Source of the DNA: a virus
Lineage: Duplodnaviria > Caudoviricetes
Reading direction: 5' to 3' (one strand)
Virus record (IMG/VR): IMGVR_UViG_3300038530_000371
Coordinates: 1 to 27,977 of that record
Length of the DNA stretch: 27,977 nucleotides
Shown here piece by piece: positions 15,256 through 24,175 of this stretch. Under the pieces are notes generated by a model. It saw only the letters and a list, made by a program, of their open reading frames with translations, had not been told where the DNA came from and made no database searches. Numbering within the stretch: the stretch's first letter is position 1; every line of letters starts with the position of its first letter. The translations under genes and the position numbers were made by a program.

Positions 15256-16994
15256 AATATAAAATATTTATATGTTTGTTTGCCTTACTATCACTACCAC
15301 TTATATTTCAAAGCCAGCCTACAGAAATATTAAAACTTAAATTTTTTGACGCTTTTGTAGAACAAAAAGAACCATCTAACTTTTTTACCATATTAAACTT
15401 AGATGAAGAGTTTATAGCAGATGAGGGTGGTTGGCCCTTACCCAGACAAAGATTAGCTGAAATACATGTAGATATTTTAAATGCTGAAGCTCTAGGTGTT
15501 GGGTGGGTTATATCTTTTCCACAACCAGACCGTATGGGCGGCGATGCAGTTTTTGCAGAGGTTTTAAATTACGGTGGTTCTGTCCTTGCTATGTTTGAGA
15601 ATCCAAACGGGTCATACCCTGAGACTTCAGGTACAGTTTTACTAGGTCCTGATGTAGGTGGTATGATGAGTCAGGGAGTAGTGCAGAATATTGATGTACT
15701 TAAACTGTCTGCGGATCAAGGTATTGCTACTGCTCCCGTAGACGTTGATCAATTAGTCCGCAGAATACCACTTTTACTTAGAACTCCAGATGGCTTTGTA
15801 TCCGCCTTTGGTACCGAAGTGATGAAAATGCTTGTTGGTAATAATACTTACATTATAAAAACTAATGATAATGGTATAGAAGAAATAACTGTACAAGGTT
15901 TAGCTCCTGTAAAAACAGACAGTCTAGGTCGTAAATGGATAAGCTGGGTTGATACGCCAGAAACAACATTAGAAGAACTAGATGTTGCTAATAAATTTGT
16001 TTTTATCGGTGTAACAGCTAGCGGTATCATGCCGCAAATCGCAACTCCGGTTGGATTATTAGAACCGCATAAGATTCAAGCGGCATTATCTGAGTCAATT
16101 TTGATTCCTGACAGTCCATATATACCAGATTTTGCTTTTGCGTTGGAAATTTTAATTTTTGCAATTTTTGTCACTCTGACGTGGCTCTCAATTAATTATC
16201 TTGGTGTGGTTAAGGGCATAAGTCTCGCTGGTGTTTTACTGCTCACCAACGGCTTCTCAAGCGTTTTTTTAATCAAAAAGGGCATTTTGATAGATTTTAC
16301 CTGGACTTTTGTATCGCAAGTGCTCACAAGCGCAACAGCTTTCTATATAAACTATCGTAAGCAATACAAATTACGTCAACAAATTAAGAAACAATTTGAA
16401 CACTATTTAGATCCTAGACAAATTGCAATTCTGCAAAAAACTCCCGAAGCACTCAAACTTGGTGGTGAAAAAAGATACTGCACTTTTTTATTTACTGATG
16501 TCCGTGGATTTACCGCTTTATCTGAAACTTTAGAGCCAGAAGAGGTTACAAACATTATGAACAGAGCACTAACAATACAATCTAATGCCGTAAAGAAATA
16601 TGGCGGTATGGTAGATAAGTATATTGGTGACGCCATGATGGCCATATTTAACGCACCAATAGATTTAGATCATCATGAAGATATGGCTATAGAAGCAGCA
16701 CTTCAAATTATGCAAGATATGAAAGAAGCAAATATAGGTGTAAATATTGGTATCGGCATCAACAGTGGCGAAGCTTGTGTTGGTAATATGGGTAGTGATA
16801 CTAGATTTGATTATAGTGCTATTGGGGATGCAGTAAATACGGCTGCAAGACTTGAAAGTGCAACTAAAAATGTGGGCGTAGATTTAATAATAGGGCATAA
16901 CACTAAAAAATCTTGCAATTTTAAGTTAGAATTACTAAAACCAATTAAAGTTAAAGGTAAAAAAGAATCTTTAGCAATATATACTATTAAATAA
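15252..16994 (+). CDS. CHASE2-domain membrane class III adenylate cyclase
   Basis: N-terminal TM; CHASE2-like region (GGWPLPRQRLAE, FPQPDRMGGD, DVDQLVRRIPL); three TMs; catalytic FTDVRGFT, DKYIGDAMMA and FDYSAIGDAVNTAARLES. GTG start overlaps the upstream TGA. Confidence 0.92.
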   Translation: MKYKIFICLFALLSLPLIFQSQPTEILKLKFFDAFVEQKEPSNFFTILNLDEEFIADEGGWPLPRQRLAEIHVDILNAEALGVGWVISFPQPDRMGGDAVFAEVLNYGGSVLAMFENPNGSYPETSGTVLLGPDVGGMMSQGVVQNIDVLKLSADQGIATAPVDVDQLVRRIPLLLRTPDGFVSAFGTEVMKMLVGNNTYIIKTNDNGIEEITVQGLAPVKTDSLGRKWISWVDTPETTLEELDVANKFVFIGVTASGIMPQIATPVGLLEPHKIQAALSESILIPDSPYIPDFAFALEILIFAIFVTLTWLSINYLGVVKGISLAGVLLLTNGFSSVFLIKKGILIDFTWTFVSQVLTSATAFYINYRKQYKLRQQIKKQFEHYLDPRQIAILQKTPEALKLGGEKRYCTFLFTDVRGFTALSETLEPEEVTNIMNRALTIQSNAVKKYGGMVDKYIGDAMMAIFNAPIDLDHHEDMAIEAALQIMQDMKEANIGVNIGIGINSGEACVGNMGSDTRFDYSAIGDAVNTAARLESATKNVGVDLIIGHNTKKSCNFKLELLKPIKVKGKKESLAIYTIK

Positions 16995-16995
16995 T

Positions 16996-17211
16996 ATGGT
17001 TAACAAAAGACTTACAGTTCAAGACGTGGCTAAAGATTTAGCTGTATCAAAAAAAGAAAACGCAGAGCGTTGGAAAACTGCTTTCAACGAGTTTGCAGAT
17101 ATTAAGCAAGAAATAGCATCTATAAATACAACTATTAGAATGGCAACATTTGGTGTTTTTAGTTTTGTTGGTGCTTTAGCTATAGCAGTATTTACTACGG
17201 TGATATTATGA
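16996..17211 (+). CDS. Small protein with coiled coil and C-terminal TM (lysis-module membrane protein)
   Basis: Heptad region then FGVFSFVGALAIAVFTTVIL; ATGA overlap with the next gene. Confidence 0.6.
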   Translation: MVNKRLTVQDVAKDLAVSKKENAERWKTAFNEFADIKQEIASINTTIRMATFGVFSFVGALAIAVFTTVIL

Positions 17212-17687
17212 AAAAATTAATCAAAGGTATTCTAGGTCAAGTAGCACCTACTATTGGAACTGCTTTAGGTGGTCCTATGGGCGGTATGGCAGGTAATATG
17301 ATTGCAGATGTGCTTGGTTGTGCAAACAATCCAAAAGATATACAAACAGCAATACAAAACGCTACACCTGAACAAATGATGCAAATAAAACAAGCTGAGC
17401 AAGATTTTAAAGTAAAGATGAAAGAGCTTGAGGTTGATGTATTTAAGCTTGAGACAGAAGATAAACAAAATGCAAGAGGTATGTTCAGTAAAGATTGGAC
17501 AGCAAGAATTATAGGTATTGCTACTATTGGAGGTTTTTTAGGATACATATTCTTGGTAACGCTACAACCACCAGAGCAAAACTCTGAGGCTTTAATAAAT
17601 CTTGTATTGGGATATTTAGGAGGATTAGCAAGTGCTATTATTTCGTTCTATTTTGGAGCGTCTCACTCAGGCGACAAAGGAGAGTAA
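17208..17687 (+). CDS. Putative holin
   Basis: VAPTIGTALGGPMGG N-terminus, two C-terminal TMs ending IISFYFGAS; directly upstream of the endolysin. Confidence 0.65.
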   Translation: MKKLIKGILGQVAPTIGTALGGPMGGMAGNMIADVLGCANNPKDIQTAIQNATPEQMMQIKQAEQDFKVKMKELEVDVFKLETEDKQNARGMFSKDWTARIIGIATIGGFLGYIFLVTLQPPEQNSEALINLVLGYLGGLASAIISFYFGASHSGDKGE

Positions 17688-17688
17688 C

Positions 17689-18144
17689 ATGCAAATTTCA
17701 GAGGAAGGAAAATCACTTATCAAAAAGTTTGAAGGTTGTGAATTAGAAGCGTACAAATGTGCCGCAGGAAAATGGACAATAGGTTTTGGCCGAATAAAAA
17801 ATGTAAAAGAAGGTGATACTTGTTCACAAGAACAAGCAGACAAGTGGCTGGAGGAAGAGCTGCCTGTATATGGAGCATACGTAAGTGACGCAGTGTTAGT
17901 GCCGCTAGAGCAAAATGAATTTGATGCTTTAGTTGCTTGGACATACAACTTAGGTCCATCAAATCTTAACAACTCCACTATGTTAAAAGTTCTTAATGAC
18001 AATAAAAAAGATGAAGTACCACATCAAATGCGTAAATGGAATAAAGCAAGAGTTAATGGAGAAAAAGTTGTTTTACCGGGACTAGAACGCAGAAGATTAG
18101 CAGAATCTTTACTGTTTGAAGGTAAAGAATGGCATGAGGTTTAG
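17689..18144 (+). CDS. Endolysin, GH24 phage lysozyme
   Basis: AGGAG RBS before ATG 17689; E-x8-C-x5-T triad (FEGCELEAYKCAAGKWTIGFG); FDALVAWTYNLG and LPGLERRRLAE. Confidence 0.93.
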   Translation: MQISEEGKSLIKKFEGCELEAYKCAAGKWTIGFGRIKNVKEGDTCSQEQADKWLEEELPVYGAYVSDAVLVPLEQNEFDALVAWTYNLGPSNLNNSTMLKVLNDNKKDEVPHQMRKWNKARVNGEKVVLPGLERRRLAESLLFEGKEWHEV

Positions 18145-18147
18145 CGC

Positions 18148-20016
18148 ATGCCCTTGCAAAAAACAGTTTTCAGACCAGGCATAAATAGAGAAGGTACCGC
18201 ATACGATAACGAAGGCGGGTGGTTTGATTGTAATCTTGTAAGGTTTAGAAAGGGCAGGCCAGAAAAGTTTGGTGGTTGGGAAAAAGTTACAGATAACACT
18301 TATCAAGGAACCGCAAGAGCCTTACACGCTTGGATTGCATTAGAGGGTACAAAGTATTTAGGAGTTGGCACACATCTAAAGTATTATGTGCAAGACGGTA
18401 GTGCATTTAACGATATTACTCCTATTAGATCAACAACGTCAGCGGGTGATGTTACATTTTCTGCAACAAACGGCAGTTCAGAAATAACTGTAGCCGATAC
18501 AGCCCACGGGGCAGTAAAAAATGATTTTGTAACTTTTAGTGGCGCAGCTTCACTTGGCGGTAATGTTACGGCTGCTGTTTTAAATCAAGAATATCAAATA
18601 GATTCTATTGTAAATGCTAATAGCTATAAAATAACTGCAAAGGATAGTTCTGGTACAACAATAACAGCAAATGCATCTGACAGTGGAAATGGTGGTTCCT
18701 CAGTTGTTGGTGCATATCAAGTAAATGTAGGTCTAGATGTTTACGTCCCTGGTACTGGTTGGGGCTTAAACGGTTGGGGTGAAGGTGCATTTGGGCAAGC
18801 AGCAGCTCTATCCAGCACAAACCAACTAAGACTTTGGACGCATGATAACTTTGGCGAAGATTTAATAATTAATCAGCGCAATGACGGTATTTTTAGATGG
18901 TTAGAGTCAGACGGCACATCAACTAGGGCAGTAGAACTATCGCAAGTGTCTGGAGCTAACCTTGTGCCAACTAAAGCTTTACAAGTAATAACATCTGAGG
19001 TTGATAGACATTTAATAGTTTTAGGTGCAGATCCAATTAGCGGTACCTCAAGAACAGGGACGATTGACCCTATGTTAATAGCATTTAGTGATCAAGAAAA
19101 CGCACTAGAGTTTGAACCAAAGTCTACTAATACAGCAGGTTCTTTAAGACTATCATCAGGATCATCAATTATTGGTGCGGTAAAAGCACGACAAGAAGTT
19201 TTAGTTTGGACTGATACCGCTATGTATAGTATGCAGTTCGTTGGGCCTCCTTTCACATTTGCTGTCAACTTAATTAATGAAGGAACTGGATTGGTGGCAC
19301 CAAAAGCAGCTGTAACTGCTCCATCAGCAGTATTTTTTATGAGTTACAATAATTTTTACTTCTATAACGGTTCTGTAAATACCTTACCTTGCTCAGTACA
19401 CAATTATGTATTTAACGACATAAATCTTACACAATCTTTTAAAATACACGCTTTTACTATAAAAGATAAAAATGAAGTCGGATGGTTCTATTGTTCTGCT
19501 AATAGCGAAACTATAGATCGGTATGTTATATATAATTATTCTGAACAATTATGGTTTTATGGGCAACTTACTAGAACTGCTTGGTTAGATTCAGGTATTG
19601 AAAACTTTCCAAGAGCAGCTGCAAATAGCTATCTATATCAGCAAGAACTAGGTTTTGATGATGATGGATCGCCTATGACTGGTGTATTTATAGAAAGCTC
19701 AGACTTTGATTTGGGTGATGGTGAACAGTTTGCTTTTGCCCGTAGGATAATACCGGATTTTAAATTTATTGAAAATCAAAACAATTGTTCTGTAAACGTA
19801 GTTGTTAAAACAAGAAATTTTCCAGGTGATAGTCTATCAACTAATTCTACAAGTGAGATTACGAGCAGCACACAACAATCTTTTATAAGAGCTAGAGCAA
19901 GACAAATGGCTTTACGTGTAGAATCAAATGATGATGCTACCGATAATGGTAACTTAGGAGTAGGTTGGCGCTTAGGGGCTACTAGAATAGACATAAAAGC
20001 AGACGGTAAAAGATGA
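18148..20016 (+). CDS. Tail nozzle/stabilisation protein (P22 gp10 / T7 gp12-like position)
   Basis: 622 aa, beta-rich; PGINREGT, WFDCNLVRFRKGRPEKFGGW, RTAWLD and RARARQMALRVES motifs; precedes the ejection-protein-like genes. Confidence 0.7.
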   Translation: MPLQKTVFRPGINREGTAYDNEGGWFDCNLVRFRKGRPEKFGGWEKVTDNTYQGTARALHAWIALEGTKYLGVGTHLKYYVQDGSAFNDITPIRSTTSAGDVTFSATNGSSEITVADTAHGAVKNDFVTFSGAASLGGNVTAAVLNQEYQIDSIVNANSYKITAKDSSGTTITANASDSGNGGSSVVGAYQVNVGLDVYVPGTGWGLNGWGEGAFGQAAALSSTNQLRLWTHDNFGEDLIINQRNDGIFRWLESDGTSTRAVELSQVSGANLVPTKALQVITSEVDRHLIVLGADPISGTSRTGTIDPMLIAFSDQENALEFEPKSTNTAGSLRLSSGSSIIGAVKARQEVLVWTDTAMYSMQFVGPPFTFAVNLINEGTGLVAPKAAVTAPSAVFFMSYNNFYFYNGSVNTLPCSVHNYVFNDINLTQSFKIHAFTIKDKNEVGWFYCSANSETIDRYVIYNYSEQLWFYGQLTRTAWLDSGIENFPRAAANSYLYQQELGFDDDGSPMTGVFIESSDFDLGDGEQFAFARRIIPDFKFIENQNNCSVNVVVKTRNFPGDSLSTNSTSEITSSTQQSFIRARARQMALRVESNDDATDNGNLGVGWRLGATRIDIKADGKR

Positions 20017-20354
20017 GCAAACTGCTTCCAACGCAGTTACCGTTAGCACAATCAGAGGTAACTCCCGAAGTTTTTAACCGCCTAATAAGATTATTAGAGA
20101 TAAATTTAGGTGCAGTAAACCTTGATAATACTCGTCAAGTAAGCGAAAATGAGTTAGAAACCTTGAATTTCAATCCAGGTAGTATAATCTGGAATACAAC
20201 ACTTGAGGTGTTGCAGGTCTATACTGGCTCAGAATGGGTTAATATAGGCGAACCTTTAGTCAACGAGGGACTAGAGGCAACAAGCGCACTAGGTAAGGTG
20301 ACTGTTACAAATAACGGCGCTGTATCTATCAAACTTGCTAATTTTGGAAAATAA
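20013..20354 (+). CDS. Small tail-associated protein
   Basis: N-terminal helix, GSIIWNTTLEVLQVYTGSEW fibre-type motif, C-terminal GLEATSALGKVTV; ATGA overlap. Confidence 0.6.
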   Translation: MSKLLPTQLPLAQSEVTPEVFNRLIRLLEINLGAVNLDNTRQVSENELETLNFNPGSIIWNTTLEVLQVYTGSEWVNIGEPLVNEGLEATSALGKVTVTNNGAVSIKLANFGK

Positions 20355-20405
20355 ACATACTTTTTAAGTATTTACGCTAAAATAACAAATACTATGGAAG
20401 GAGAT

Positions 20406-21878
20406 ATGCAGGATAAATTAGCACAACCACAATTAGAGGATACACAAATAGTTCACGCCGCACCAGGCGAAATGGTAGTTCCACCAGTTATTAGTAACAC
20501 TACACAACAGTTAATTAATAGAGATATGCAGGCTGTAGGACTAAATCCACAAGAATATGTCGTTGGTAACGGTCAGATAAATCAATTAACTGGACTTCAA
20601 CAGTTTGGCTTCTTATCAAAAGTATTTAAAAAAATAAAAAATGTAGTAAAAAAAGTAGCACCAGTTGCTGTTAGTTTTATACCTGGAGTTGGACCAATAG
20701 CAAAAGGATTGCTTACAGCGGCTGCTGGTAAAGCATCTGGGATGGATACAAAGTCAGCCTTGTTAGGTGGATTAACAGCAGGTATTGGATCAAAGTTTCT
20801 TGGGTCTGGGATTGGATCAAAAGTTGCAGATAAAGGTATATTTGGCGGTACTATTGGGCCAAGAATAAAATCTGGTTTAGGTAGTTTTTTCAAGCCAGGA
20901 GATCAAGCAACCGGTATTTTTGGAGGGCAAATTGGACCTAATCTTAGGAGAGGTATTGGTAATTTATTTAGTCCACAAGATTTTTTTGCTCCTCAACAAC
21001 AAATAGATCCTAATACTGGTGGTTTTGTTCAAACTAGCTATGGAGCTCCAAATTATCAATTAAGCCAAGAGGAAATGAAATACATAACGGAAAACTTTAC
21101 TCCTATGGGAGAGAGTGGATTATTTAAAGGGCCTGATGGTAAAGGATATACTCCAGACCAGATTGTTGCAGGTTTAAGAGCATCCCAACCACAAACTCAA
21201 CAAAGAGGTTTAGGATTTAATTTATTTGGTGGCACACCAGGACAAAGTAGATTGGGTATTATTGAGGATATACTTAAGGGAAGGGGATCAGACCCCGTGC
21301 GATCCGGTGGTAGTTTTTTTGGTATTGATACTCCCGGTCCAATTAAAGGTATTGAAGATGTTATTAAAGGACAACAAACTGGTGATTCGAGAGGCGGACT
21401 AGCAGCTTTAGCGGCTTTATATGGATTAGCTACAAAGAGAGCAGCTGAGGATAGAGTTGGTGGATTAACTGATATAAGAGCTTCAAGACGACCAGATCTA
21501 GCTGCTCAGCCAGTATTTCAAGGATTTGATCTAGGGGTTAGACCAGGAATGGCATACGGCGGTACAGCAGAAGGCAGACCAGGATTTGCAAAAGGAGGTG
21601 CACTAAATCCAGAATTATTTGAATTAGATTACCGTCAAGTAGGTGGGCCAACAATAGGTATTGGTACAGGCACATCTGATGATATACCGGCTATGTTAAG
21701 TGATGGTGAATATGTTTTTACCGCATCAGCTAATAATGGTGCTGGTGCTTTTGATATATCTAAATCTAAGGATTCAATCATGCTAAAACCAGATGGCAAA
21801 CCAAACAGAGAAAAGGGTGCAAAGAATTTAGGCATGCTTATGGATATGTTTGAAGATACTGATAAGAGGCTTTCTTAA
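20406..21878 (+). CDS. Putative internal virion/DNA ejection protein
   Basis: AAGGAG precedes ATG 20406 (alternative 20394); Gly-rich; VHAAPGEMVVP, cationic amphipathic helix and GTGTSDDIPAMLSDGEYVF motifs. Confidence 0.6.
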   Translation: MQDKLAQPQLEDTQIVHAAPGEMVVPPVISNTTQQLINRDMQAVGLNPQEYVVGNGQINQLTGLQQFGFLSKVFKKIKNVVKKVAPVAVSFIPGVGPIAKGLLTAAAGKASGMDTKSALLGGLTAGIGSKFLGSGIGSKVADKGIFGGTIGPRIKSGLGSFFKPGDQATGIFGGQIGPNLRRGIGNLFSPQDFFAPQQQIDPNTGGFVQTSYGAPNYQLSQEEMKYITENFTPMGESGLFKGPDGKGYTPDQIVAGLRASQPQTQQRGLGFNLFGGTPGQSRLGIIEDILKGRGSDPVRSGGSFFGIDTPGPIKGIEDVIKGQQTGDSRGGLAALAALYGLATKRAAEDRVGGLTDIRASRRPDLAAQPVFQGFDLGVRPGMAYGGTAEGRPGFAKGGALNPELFELDYRQVGGPTIGIGTGTSDDIPAMLSDGEYVFTASANNGAGAFDISKSKDSIMLKPDGKPNREKGAKNLGMLMDMFEDTDKRLS

Positions 21879-24175
21879 TGGCTATTATAGGTAAATTAAT
21901 GGGTACAAGACCTAGTATGTCTGCACCAAGAGTAGCACCTAGACCTTCTCCTGTTGTATCCAGACCATCACTTGATTTTTTAACAGGCGGTCAACCCAAA
22001 CAAACAATACCAGCAGACGCATTAGATAGAGATACTTTGATTCAGGATATTTTAAGGAAAATACAAGTGCCAACTGCTCCTGTATTTGATCCTACAAGAC
22101 TAGAAGCAAGACTAGCTGAGTTAGAGGGTAGACAAGCTCCAGTTTTCGATCCGAGCGCTTTACAAGAACAAATAGCTGAATTACAAAATAGAGAAGCCCC
22201 TGCATTTGACCCTAGTGAGTTACAGAAACAAATATCTGATTTAAGACAAAGGCCAAGTAGAGATGATTTTATGTCTATTGAGAGGCAACTACAAGATTTA
22301 CGAAATAGAGATATACCACAGTTTGATGCATCTGGTTTACAATCTCAAATAGGTGGCTTAGAAGATAGGTTGGCTAATTTGCCTCAATTTGACCCATCTG
22401 CTTTACAAAGTAGACTTGCCGAGCTAGAAGGAAGAGAAGTTCCAACAATAGACAGAGAAGCATTAATTAAAGACATAACTGGAAGAATAAAACAACCTAG
22501 ACCTTTTGATCCAACCAGAATTAGAGAAAGGTTAGCAGCTTTAGAAAATAGGAGACCAGCACCAGCAAGACCATTATTTGACCCAAGTAGATTACAGGCT
22601 AGATTGGATGCGCTAGAAAGTAGAGAGCCAGTAGCCCCACCACCTGCTTTTGATCCATCAAGCTTACAAGAGCGCTTATCTGCATTAGAGAATGTAGAAC
22701 CAGTTGCTCCTCCAGCTTTTGATACGTCTGCAATAGATCAAAGGCTTGAAGATATCACTAGACAGTTAGCAGAACTACAAAGTGCACAAGCGCAGCCATC
22801 TCCAACTCCGGTAGTGCCTCCAGTACAACCTTTACCAATACAACCACCAGGCGATTTGAATTTAGATATTAAAGAAGATGCACCAGATATAAGAGATCTT
22901 GCAAAAGAATTACCAGAAGGCGGAACTATTTTTGACAGATTACCAGTGCAAAAACCAACGCCTCCCATGTCAATAGAAAGACTTGGTGAGGACAGATTAG
23001 TAGGCGCACCAGTAGGAAATTTGCAGATGGGTGAGGGTGTTCCATTTACGCCACCAGAGCCTCCACAAGATGACGGGACTATGAATGACAGGCCTAGAAT
23101 TGGTAATTATGGATTAGAAAGAGAACCACAACCAAGTCTAACTATACCAGTATCAGGAGCAGGAACTAATTTTAGACCTAACTTTGGCATACCAACTGAC
23201 ACATCACCTATTATATCTATAGGCGGCCCAGGTGGAGGTCGAACAGATCCTAGAATGTTCCCAGGCGGTTCACGGACTTTTGATGAAAGAGGTGAAACGT
23301 TAGCACCTGTGCCACTCACAGAGGAAGAGAAAGCAGCTTTTGGCCCTCCCCCACCTCCAGGTGCAATAGACACTAGAGGAAGCATAGTAGGTCAGCCAGC
23401 ATACACCACAGGCTCTGTAGTAGAACCTACACCTGATCTTGTAGCAACAGCAACAGTCGACCCAGTTACACCATCACCTACACAAACTATGCCTGTGGCT
23501 CCTAATACGATTGATCCAATAATAATGGGGCAAACAGCTGATGAGGTTGTTACTGACCCACTTATTCGTGCTTTATATTTTGGTACTCCTGATCAACCAG
23601 GGTTCTTTAACCAATTACAACAAGTAGGTGCTAACTTACTAGGTGCACAAGCACCAGGGACTGAATACGATCCAAGTATGACAGAAAAGTTCTTCAACCC
23701 GTTTGAAGATAGAGTTGTCCAACAAACAATAGAGGATGTACTAAAAGCTGGTGAACAAAGAGATATTGCCCAAAGAGCACAAGATATTGGTAGAGGCGGT
23801 TTATCTGCCTTTGGCTCTAGAGCTAGACTAACTGCTGATGAGCGTCAGGAAGCTCTTGGTAGAGGTTTAGGTCAAGCCTTAGCTGGTATCAGACAAAGTG
23901 GGTTTAGTGAAGCTCAGCGAACAGGTCTAAGCGAGTTTGATAGACAGTATGGCAGAGACATAAGCCAGTTATACAGACCGCTAGAAGTATTACGTGGTAT
24001 TGGTGGCTTGTTGCCCGGATATACACAAGCAACTTCCAGAATAGGCACAACTTATGGTATGCCGCAGGATCCAAGCGCTTTAGGTCTAGGGGCTGCTTTA
24101 AGCACATATGCTTCATTAGCACCACAAACAGGGTCTGCATTTGATAATTATGGCCAAACTACGGGGCAAGGGTAA
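21878..24175 (+). CDS. Putative internal virion/ejection protein with Pro-rich and FDPS repeats
   Basis: 765 aa; C-terminal FFNPFEDRVVQQ...SAFGSRARL region of pilot-protein type; TAATG coupling at both ends. Confidence 0.6.
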   Translation: MAIIGKLMGTRPSMSAPRVAPRPSPVVSRPSLDFLTGGQPKQTIPADALDRDTLIQDILRKIQVPTAPVFDPTRLEARLAELEGRQAPVFDPSALQEQIAELQNREAPAFDPSELQKQISDLRQRPSRDDFMSIERQLQDLRNRDIPQFDASGLQSQIGGLEDRLANLPQFDPSALQSRLAELEGREVPTIDREALIKDITGRIKQPRPFDPTRIRERLAALENRRPAPARPLFDPSRLQARLDALESREPVAPPPAFDPSSLQERLSALENVEPVAPPAFDTSAIDQRLEDITRQLAELQSAQAQPSPTPVVPPVQPLPIQPPGDLNLDIKEDAPDIRDLAKELPEGGTIFDRLPVQKPTPPMSIERLGEDRLVGAPVGNLQMGEGVPFTPPEPPQDDGTMNDRPRIGNYGLEREPQPSLTIPVSGAGTNFRPNFGIPTDTSPIISIGGPGGGRTDPRMFPGGSRTFDERGETLAPVPLTEEEKAAFGPPPPPGAIDTRGSIVGQPAYTTGSVVEPTPDLVATATVDPVTPSPTQTMPVAPNTIDPIIMGQTADEVVTDPLIRALYFGTPDQPGFFNQLQQVGANLLGAQAPGTEYDPSMTEKFFNPFEDRVVQQTIEDVLKAGEQRDIAQRAQDIGRGGLSAFGSRARLTADERQEALGRGLGQALAGIRQSGFSEAQRTGLSEFDRQYGRDISQLYRPLEVLRGIGGLLPGYTQATSRIGTTYGMPQDPSALGLGAALSTYASLAPQTGSAFDNYGQTTGQG
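22075..22790 (+). repeat. About 9-11 coding repeats of about 20 aa (P-x-F-D-P-S-x-L-Q-x-R-L-x-x-L-E)
   Basis: APVFDPTRLEARLAELEGRQ, APVFDPSALQEQIAELQNRE, LPQFDPSALQSRLAELEGRE, PPAFDPSSLQERLSALENVE. Confidence 0.85.

Noticed and set aside
12259-16994. Host chromosomal DNA or a chimeric join
   Set aside because: The cassette overlaps or abuts phage genes on both sides, on the same strand, with similar AT-rich composition and no visible att site or mobility gene. Read-level confirmation is still advisable.
676-17688. Longest-ORF starts at 676, 11362 and 17632
   Set aside because: Downstream ATGs at 733, 11386 and 17689 have clear AGGAG sites and shorter or no overlaps.
20355-20393. Promoter or terminator in the AT-rich gap (TAAAAT at 20378-20383; atactt-ttt-aagtat inverted repeat)
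   Set aside because: No properly spaced -35, and the hairpin is short and AT-rich; expected by chance at this composition.
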